Of a DNA stretch of 64,000 nucleotides, positions 58,459 to 64,000 are shown piece by piece. The notes below the pieces were generated by a model, which did not search any database, was not told the DNA's origin, and saw only the letters and a list, made by a program, of their open reading frames with translations. Made by a program: the position numbers and the translations under genes. Where the stretch lies: positions 32,001 to 96,000 of the IMG/VR virus record IMGVR_UViG_3300031857_011362. One strand, given 5' to 3'. Numbering within the stretch: the first letter of the stretch is position 1; every line of letters begins with the position of its first letter. The stretch is from a virus.

Positions 58459-59817
58459 ATGCTTAAGATTATTAGTTCGCCACCATTTGATGATTATAGT
58501 AAAAAACTGTTCTTTCAATTATTCGGTCAAAAGAAAAAATTGGGTCTGGATAGTGCTAGTTTTATATACTTGTGGACTGGACCATTAACTAATAACAACA
58601 CCTATTCATACAGCAATTCTATATCGTTTAATACAAACCCTACATCATTGCCCAAATTTGTTGATTTTATGTTATCTCATGCACGGATGCTAGCCGGTAA
58701 AAAAAGATTTTTTAACTCACGTGATGAAATGTTTTCTTTATATCTTGAGTATGTTGGGGTAGATGTTTCACGTGAAATATTTGACCAGTACTATTCTACC
58801 TATGTAGAAAGCATCATAGACCGTAGTACAATGGAAGATATGATTCAAGAGGCATGCATAAATGACGTTATAGTATTATTTGTCAAAGATCACTTTAGAA
58901 TAAATTTTAAAAATTCTTGGATTGATCCAATACCCGAACTGGTTACTTACTTTGCAAATTTGTGTAATTACTTCCCTGATAAAAAATTTATCATTGTTAC
59001 TAGTTTGGAAAACTTAGATAAAGAACTAAAATCTAGCAATTGTAAAATAGTGAACATGGGCGGAGATATAACTAATCAGATATCAAGTTATATGAATTTT
59101 ACCCCTTTGATAGAAAAATCCGCAACTAAGAATTTTATATCATTGAACCGAGGAGATAGACCCCATAGGGTGTATCTGGTTTCAAATTTATATGCTAAAA
59201 ATTTACACAATCACGGGCAGATTAGTTTATTAACCCCGCAGAACCCGAATGCAAAACTCAATGAAGCAATTATCTATAACTATAAAAATGACCAAAATTA
59301 TGAATTATCAAACATTGGTTTCAGTAAGTATGTGGCCGAACATAACCATCAGATAGCCGATAGCTATAATATTTACCCTCAGCGTGGTAATGACAATTTA
59401 CGAAATTTCCAAGATTCTTTACAGAGTAAGTATCTTAATAGTTATGTGGAATTTGTTTCGGAAACCAGTTTCAATGAAAAGAGCTTTAACATAACGGAAA
59501 AAACACTACATTTCATATACGGTTGCAATTATCCTATAATGATTTCTAGTCCCGGCGTAGTCAAATTTCTGCGAGAAATGGGAATAGATATGTTTGATGA
59601 TATAATTGACCATTCATATGATGATATAGAAGATCCTTGTGACCGCATAGTCCAGGCTATAAACAAAAATATAAAAATTTTAACTATGGATCTGAATTCT
59701 CTACGGAAACAGTGGGAAAATGATAAATACAGAATGGAGCAAAATATTAAATTTGTCCAGACCAAATTAGCTAAATTCTATCAGGATAGATTTTGGCAAC
59801 AGATTAAAGGATTATAA
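58459..59817 (+). CDS. Glycosyltransferase-like protein (GT-B-type C-terminus)
   Basis: FISLNR..HR..VSET..ITEKT..P..G..FDDIIDHSYD. Confidence 0.55.
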   Translation: MLKIISSPPFDDYSKKLFFQLFGQKKKLGLDSASFIYLWTGPLTNNNTYSYSNSISFNTNPTSLPKFVDFMLSHARMLAGKKRFFNSRDEMFSLYLEYVGVDVSREIFDQYYSTYVESIIDRSTMEDMIQEACINDVIVLFVKDHFRINFKNSWIDPIPELVTYFANLCNYFPDKKFIIVTSLENLDKELKSSNCKIVNMGGDITNQISSYMNFTPLIEKSATKNFISLNRGDRPHRVYLVSNLYAKNLHNHGQISLLTPQNPNAKLNEAIIYNYKNDQNYELSNIGFSKYVAEHNHQIADSYNIYPQRGNDNLRNFQDSLQSKYLNSYVEFVSETSFNEKSFNITEKTLHFIYGCNYPIMISSPGVVKFLREMGIDMFDDIIDHSYDDIEDPCDRIVQAINKNIKILTMDLNSLRKQWENDKYRMEQNIKFVQTKLAKFYQDRFWQQIKGL

Positions 59818-59818
59818 C

Positions 59819-60421
59819 ATGGTACATTACACACTGATGCAAGACGCAATCCCTTCAGTATTCAACATTGATTTTCTACAAGCATGTAGTCAAAAATTAG
59901 AATATTTTATAGATACTAAAACCCTATTAGGGGGAGAAGCTATTCACCCTATTAATGAAATAGATGAAATATTTGATTTATCAAACTCAGAGGAGTTTAA
60001 AACTATTGCAGTCAAAATTAATCCATTCAAGCGAGTAGTACTACACTATTTTGCATATAATAACTATCCTGCTGAAGAATACTCTGACTCTGAATATTAC
60101 ACTCAATTTACTGATACTGATGATTTTGATAAGTTTGTGGAACATTATTTTTCACCAGATAACCTTGAAGGACCGTTAGTGAACTCAAGTGACTACTACT
60201 TCACTGACAAGTTGTCGGTTACGTATTTGTTAGAATTTGACACTTTTGCCACCGACATAAAACAAATTCCAGAATTCAGTACAGTAGAAAATACTGATTA
60301 TTTTCACGTAGCTCAAGACTTATCTGCCGATTACCGTAGCTATTACACTACACAAGCTACAATTGATAAGGTCGCTCAAGTTTATGCTAAAGACCTTGCC
60401 AAATACGGATATACATTCTAA
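59819..60421 (+). CDS. Sulfotransfer_2-like protein (degenerate)
   Basis: INPFKRVV 3'-PB-like motif; YRSYY..VAQVYAKDLAKYGYTF tail; 5' PAPS motif not evident. Confidence 0.55.
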   Translation: MVHYTLMQDAIPSVFNIDFLQACSQKLEYFIDTKTLLGGEAIHPINEIDEIFDLSNSEEFKTIAVKINPFKRVVLHYFAYNNYPAEEYSDSEYYTQFTDTDDFDKFVEHYFSPDNLEGPLVNSSDYYFTDKLSVTYLLEFDTFATDIKQIPEFSTVENTDYFHVAQDLSADYRSYYTTQATIDKVAQVYAKDLAKYGYTF

Positions 60422-60455
60422 CAGTAGTCACCAATGGGTGACTGTATAAAGTTAC

Positions 60456-61059
60456 GTGATGCTAAACCAACCCAGTCTGGCAATTCTTATTGATTTTTGG
60501 AATCCAATAGCAATCAAAAGGGTTAACAATACTATTGAATTTTTGAGTACCAATGATACTATCAAAACTGTAGTATTATCAACTTATAATTCCCGCTCTG
60601 AGTTATTTTTTAATAATACTATTTGGTACCGTAATCGAAAAGAATGGTATAAAAAATCACCAACATGGGCCCAAAATAAGTCAACGGTAGAAGACACTGC
60701 ATATATAAAAAACAACAGTTTAAAAAATGTAACCACTGATACGCATATACTTCAGTATTATAATTCAAAACAATATCAAATTGCAATGCTCCAGTTACTG
60801 GGAACTAGAGTATTATTTGTCTATGCACCCGGAAATAAAAAACGTATATATATTTGGTTGTGCATGGGAGGACTGTGTTAAACATAGACCGATTGGTTAT
60901 TTGGCACTGTCACAGCTACAAAATGTTAACATATTAACTAATACTACTTTAGTAAGTAACATTGCAATGAAACGTCCCGATTTATCTTTAGATCGTGACT
61001 GGATCAATGTAGAGGGAAACGTATATAGGTATTTGGGCAACGAGAAGGTTGACTCTTAA
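60456..61059 (+). pseudogene. Isochorismatase-like hydrolase split by a frameshift near 60790
   Basis: ORF 60456-60881 (LAILIDFW..) continues in another frame as WELEYYL..VYIFGCAWEDCV (60781-61059). Confidence 0.6.
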
Positions 61060-61077
61060 TCGATATTCTGTTATACT
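61049..61077 (+). promoter_or_regulatory. sigma70-type promoter
   Basis: TTGACT-N17-TATACT. Confidence 0.7.
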
Positions 61078-61151
61078 TCACATATGAATTAAAAAGTGTA
61101 AATAACATATGTTAATTACACTAATTTGAAACCAGGACTAAATAACTTACT

Positions 61152-61289
61152 ATGATGAATAAAACTTGTAACACGCTGAAACATATGGGACTATGGCTGT
61201 CAATAGCCAGTGTATCCTTTACGCCAGTGTATCCAACAAGTATTCGCGGCTTAAATGATAACCAAGAGAGAGGCCCCGGGACTAGGTAA
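61152..61289 (+). CDS. Putative 45-aa leader peptide containing all 20 amino acids
   Basis: MMNKTCNTLKHMGLWLSIASVSFTPVYPTSIRGLNDNQERGPGTR*; TAAATA at 61139-44; hairpin 28 nt downstream. Confidence 0.55.
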   Translation: MMNKTCNTLKHMGLWLSIASVSFTPVYPTSIRGLNDNQERGPGTR

Positions 61290-61317
61290 CAAGTTAACAT
61301 CATAACTAAAATTATCT

Positions 61318-61350
61318 AACCCCTGGGAAACTAAAAAGTCTCAGGGGTTT
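61318..61350 (+). terminator. GC-rich terminator-like hairpin
   Basis: AACCCCTGGGA-aactaaaaag-TCTCAGGGGTT (11 bp, one G-U); short U tail. Confidence 0.65.
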
Positions 61351-61426
61351 CCAGTTAATGAAAGAAGCAAAATAAAAAACACTTGTTTTTTTACTTTTTT
61401 GATAAATAAAATGAAGGAATCATTTT

Positions 61427-61801
61427 ATGAACAAAGAACAAAAAAGCGAGTATGCGAAAGAAAGATATAAAAAGAATAGAGAAAGGTTACTAGAGTATCA
61501 GAACAAACGATACAACGAAACATTGGATATCTTCCAGCAATGGAGAAAAACTTTGAAGTGTTGTAGATGTGAGGAGAATGATGTTGCTTGTTTAGAGTTT
61601 CATCATAGCGATCCAGAGACAAAGGAAAATAATGTCGTAAGGATGGTATCTCGCAGTGTGAAGTCTGTTATCAAAGAACTCAAAAAATGTGTTGTAGTTT
61701 GTGCTAATTGTCATCGCAGGATACATGCGTATGACATAAAAACAGACCCTAACACCGAGGATCTAGGAACAAGTTTTGAAAATTTTTTGAAAGAAATTTG
61801 A
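61427..61801 (+). mobile_element. HNH endonuclease
   Basis: CCRC..LEFHH..C..VCANCHRRIH; own TAAATA and SD. Confidence 0.85.
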
Positions 61802-61826
61802 CAATAAATGGACAAAAAGATACAAT
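61798..61826 (+). promoter_or_regulatory. sigma70-type promoter
   Basis: TTGACA-N17-TACAAT. Confidence 0.8.
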
Positions 61827-61989
61827 ACAAAACTTCTGAAACAAAACGTGATTGGTATTCTACTCACACATTGACGAAGGAACAATACGCACAGTTGATA
61901 CAAAATAAGATCGACCGTGTAAAGTCTTATCAAGAGGCTACCAAGAAAGCTAACAAGCTAGCAGGTATCACTTGATAGGCAGCGTGAAC

Positions 61990-62122
61990 AGGCAACGAGA
62001 GCCGTAATACAGCGCAAAATGTATAGAATGGGCGGACAGGAAACATGAACGAGTGGCGATAACACTCTTAGTAAGACTCCTGGGTAGGGTATCAACCCTA
62101 TCATGTCGTGTAGCAATACACG
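61990..62122 (+). ncRNA. Candidate multi-stem structured RNA
   Basis: ACATGA/TCATGT closing GAGTG/CACTC and TAGGGT/ACCCTA hairpins; CGTGTA-GCAA-TACACG GNRA hairpin. Confidence 0.5.
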
Positions 62123-62210
62123 GCATTCTAAAACATACGTAGTGAAACACTTTAGCTTACAACGCTATACCCACACGACTCGGGAGTACTAGGTGTGTTT
62201 TAGAATGCCA
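62122..62210 (+). ncRNA. Cloverleaf-like element closed by a 17-bp stem, ending in CCA
   Basis: GGCATTCTAAAACATAC (62122-38) pairs with GTGTGTTTTAGAATGCC (62193-209); three small internal hairpins. Confidence 0.55.
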
Positions 62211-62211
62211 C

Positions 62212-62787
62212 TTAAGTATTTGGTGTATTATAGATTCTTTCTATATATTTTTTTATATTGTATATGTTAACAGGCTCTATGATCTTAGCATTATGTGACC
62301 CCAACAGATTATTGTTTAACAAATATTCATAAGTTAATTCTTCGTCAAATTTTATAGCTAAGTCATTGATTAATTTATCATTTTTGTTTATTATATCGAT
62401 TGATTTTCTAACCGAATCAGCTAGAAATTTTACTGTATATTTTTCACCTCGGGCAAGACTATTCTTTGAGTTCCATATTGTTGTCATCTCGGCTACATAG
62501 TAGCTAGCAATTTGTTCAATTTTATTTTCTCTGGTCAATTTTATTTTATAACAATCGCTGTTTAAAATTTCTTGATAAAGTAAATGTTTATCAATTTGGT
62601 CAGGCATAAATTTTACTACAAATGGTTCGTTATTTACAAACAACTTTTCTAAAAGATTGTATTCTTCTTCATAAAGATGCGGTTCAGGAAAACATTTGGC
62701 TTCATTGTCTTTTGATAATTTGAAAGTGTAGTCACTAGAACCTGTTCTATAATTTGCCAATAGTAATATACGATTTTTTGTTGTCAT
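62212..62787 (-). CDS. Stf0-like sulfotransferase-fold protein
   Basis: ILLLANYRTGSS; LTREN..QIASYYVA; TAAATA-N4-ATG. Confidence 0.6.
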   Translation of the reverse strand: MTTKNRILLLANYRTGSSDYTFKLSKDNEAKCFPEPHLYEEEYNLLEKLFVNNEPFVVKFMPDQIDKHLLYQEILNSDCYKIKLTRENKIEQIASYYVAEMTTIWNSKNSLARGEKYTVKFLADSVRKSIDIINKNDKLINDLAIKFDEELTYEYLLNNNLLGSHNAKIIEPVNIYNIKKYIERIYNTPNT

Positions 62788-62825
62788 TCGATATTTAGTT
62801 ATTGTCTTTCAACCACGTTAATAAT

Positions 62826-62902
62826 GCGACCTTAGCTCAGATGGATAGAGCACCAGGCTACGAACTTGGGGGTCAGGAGTTCGAATCTCTTAGGTCGCAC
62901 CA
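62826..62902 (+). tRNA. trnR: tRNA-Arg(ACG)
   Basis: Acceptor GCGACCT/AGGTCGC; loop CT-ACG-AA; TTCGAAT; encoded CCA. Confidence 0.95.
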
Positions 62903-62904
62903 AT

Positions 62905-62979
62905 GGATGTATAACACAGCGGTAGTGTATCTCCTTCATACGGAGCAGGTCAGTAGTTCAAATCTACTTACATCCACCA
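62905..62979 (+). tRNA. tRNA-Met/Ile2(CAT), not initiator type
   Basis: GGATGTA/TACATCC; loop TT-CAT-AC; CCA; lacks fMet hallmarks. Confidence 0.85.
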
Positions 62980-62987
62980 AACAATAT

Positions 62988-63064
62988 AGCCTCATAGCTC
63001 AGTTGGTTAGAGCACCGTCTTGATAAGGCGGGGGTCCTGTGTTCGAGTCACAGTGAGGCTACCA
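62988..63064 (+). tRNA. trnI: tRNA-Ile(GAT)
   Basis: AGCCTCA/TGAGGCT; TT-GAT-AA; CCA. Confidence 0.95.
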
Positions 63065-63071
63065 AATTTAT

Positions 63072-63145
63072 TCCCGGATTGTGTAATGGTAGCACAACAG
63101 ACTTTGACTCTGTTAGCCTAGGTTCGATCCCTAGTCCGGGTGCCA
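63072..63145 (+). tRNA. trnQ: tRNA-Gln(TTG)
   Basis: ACAGA-CT-TTG-AC-TCTGT; U1:U72 mismatch; G73 then CCA. Confidence 0.92.
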
Positions 63146-63149
63146 GTTT

Positions 63150-63302
63150 ATGGGATAGACGATAGGTTCGAGTCCCTGTCAATCTAGTCACAGTGGGGTT
63201 AACTGTGATGACACTATAGTATGATTGATGGGTGTATAAACTTGCCTATACGAGACAATCTAACGAGGCTTATTAACAATAAGATAGTTAGGCGCCCAAT
63301 CT
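63150..63302 (+). ncRNA. Candidate structured RNA or tRNA remnant in the array spacer
   Basis: GATAGG-TTCGAGTC-CCTGTC T-arm-like hairpin, TCACAGT/ACTGTGA, GGGTGT/GCGCCC, CTTATT/AATAAG. Confidence 0.4.
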
Positions 63303-63312
63303 ATAAGGAGTT

Positions 63313-63684
63313 ATGATGTTAAAACAATTTACTATTGATGAAAAATTTATATGTGATGTTACTGTTAGAACTGAATTCGATTTAGTCAAAGATAGAAACA
63401 ATCCCACATATGATGATCTTATCAAAGTCCTTAAAGGATGGGATAAGATGACTAGCACTAGTAACAAAGACCACGATGAATTTACCAAGTTACGTAATCA
63501 ATTAGAAGAACTGGGTTATATCAAAATTGAACGTGGATGGTGGAACGGTGACAGAGTATTAAAATCGTTCAAGTTAAACGAATGGACTTTTCGTAAAGGA
63601 CATAAATTTTCTTGTGCGGCAGCAATGAACAACAGTATTCATTGTGCTAGAAAATTCGGATGGAAGACTATTTCATCTTTATAA
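63313..63684 (+). CDS. Hypothetical protein within the tRNA array
   Basis: SD AAGGAG; 123 aa; no motif recognised. Confidence 0.7.
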   Translation: MMLKQFTIDEKFICDVTVRTEFDLVKDRNNPTYDDLIKVLKGWDKMTSTSNKDHDEFTKLRNQLEELGYIKIERGWWNGDRVLKSFKLNEWTFRKGHKFSCAAAMNNSIHCARKFGWKTISSL

Positions 63685-63687
63685 TAT

Positions 63688-63763
63688 GGTGTTGGTAGCT
63701 CAATGGTAGAGCAACGGATTGTGATTCCGTTGGTTGTGGGTTCGAGTCCCATCCTTCACCCCA
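63688..63763 (+). tRNA. trnH: tRNA-His(GTG) with encoded G-1
   Basis: ACGGA-TT-GTG-AT-TCCGT; G-1:C73; two U:U mismatches in the acceptor stem. Confidence 0.88.
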
Positions 63764-63767
63764 ATAT

Positions 63768-63843
63768 GCAACTTTAGCTGATGTGGTCATAGCGGCGGTC
63801 TGAAGAACCGTTGAACGTGGTTCGATCCCACGAGGTTGCACCA
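63768..63843 (+). tRNA. trnF: tRNA-Phe(GAA)
   Basis: GCAACTT/AGGTTGC; CT-GAA-GA; CCA. Confidence 0.93.
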
Positions 63844-63848
63844 GACAT

Positions 63849-63935
63849 GCCCCCATAGACAAATTGGCAAAGTCACTCTCCTCAAAAGGGAGTATCTTAA
63901 AGGAAATCTGAGTTCGAATCTCAGTGGGGGCACCA
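63849..63935 (+). tRNA. trnL: tRNA-Leu(CAA)
   Basis: GCCCCCA/TGGGGGC; CT-CAA-AA; long variable region; CCA. Confidence 0.93.
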
Positions 63936-63939
63936 ATAG

Positions 63940-63968
63940 TTGACAACAAACACATTTTGTGTTATGAT
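63940..63968 (+). promoter_or_regulatory. sigma70-type promoter
   Basis: TTGACA-N17-TATGAT. Confidence 0.8.
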
Positions 63969-63975
63969 ATATTAA

Positions 63976-64000
63976 GGGTCTTTAGTTCAATGGATAGAAT
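63976..64000 (+). tRNA. 5' part of a further tRNA (cut by the window end)
   Basis: GGGTCTT-TA-GTTC-AATGGATA-GAAT acceptor and D-arm pattern. Confidence 0.7.

Noticed and set aside
37094-61059. RiPP cluster with a precursor peptide
   Set aside because: No short ORF with leader/core pattern, RRE, peptidase or transporter found, so a RiPP call is unsupported.
61121-61303. 60-aa minus-strand ORF opposite the leader
   Set aside because: No promoter or RBS on that strand; promoters and hairpin geometry favour the plus-strand leader.
61808-61975. 55-aa ORF MDKKIQYK...
   Set aside because: Its ATG lies within the spacer of the TTGACA-N17-TACAAT promoter and lacks an SD; left uncalled.
62802-63023. 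ORFs 62802-63023 (+) and 63668-63955 (-)
   Set aside because: They overlap canonical tRNA genes.
1-64000. A complete DGR inside the window
   Set aside because: No reverse transcriptase (YxDD), Avd or non-coding template repeat seen; only the codon signature is reported.
1-64000. Stop-codon recoding
   Set aside because: Known genes are full length in code 11, end in TAA, TGA or TAG, and no suppressor tRNA is visible.

Overview
The window is a segment of a large, AT-rich, T4-like (myovirus) bacteriophage genome. Support: PAAR spike tip, SleB-type wall hydrolase, class Ia nrdAB plus glutaredoxin, CCA-encoded tRNAs, sigma70 promoters and recurrent TAAATA late-promoter boxes. Layout: (1) 1-23.7 kb, virion fibre/Ig genes with eight RCC1-repeat beta-propeller genes interleaved with sulfotransferases; (2) 23.8-27.4 kb, methyltransferases, GT25, DUF6445, DUF2061 and an APS kinase-nucleotidyltransferase fusion; (3) 27.9-37 kb, nrdA/nrdB, a GIY-YIG homing endonuclease, glutaredoxin, PAAR, a large structural gene and the hydrolase; (4) 37-61 kb, a tailoring-enzyme island with 7 radical SAM enzymes, about 7 2OG-Fe(II)/cupin oxygenases, QueC-like, kinase-like, GNAT, SDR, SGNH and GT genes in alternating-strand cassettes; (5) 61-64 kb, a leader-peptide/terminator element, an HNH gene, structured RNA candidates and a tRNA array (7 complete, 1 partial). 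Main leads: a 45-aa leader peptide using all 20 amino acids ahead of a terminator-like hairpin and the tRNA locus; a late-expressed virion/surface tailoring island including a sulfation module; and an RCC1 repertoire with conserved DNA framework and C-ending hypervariable codons. Protein assignments come from motif recognition only, with no database searches.
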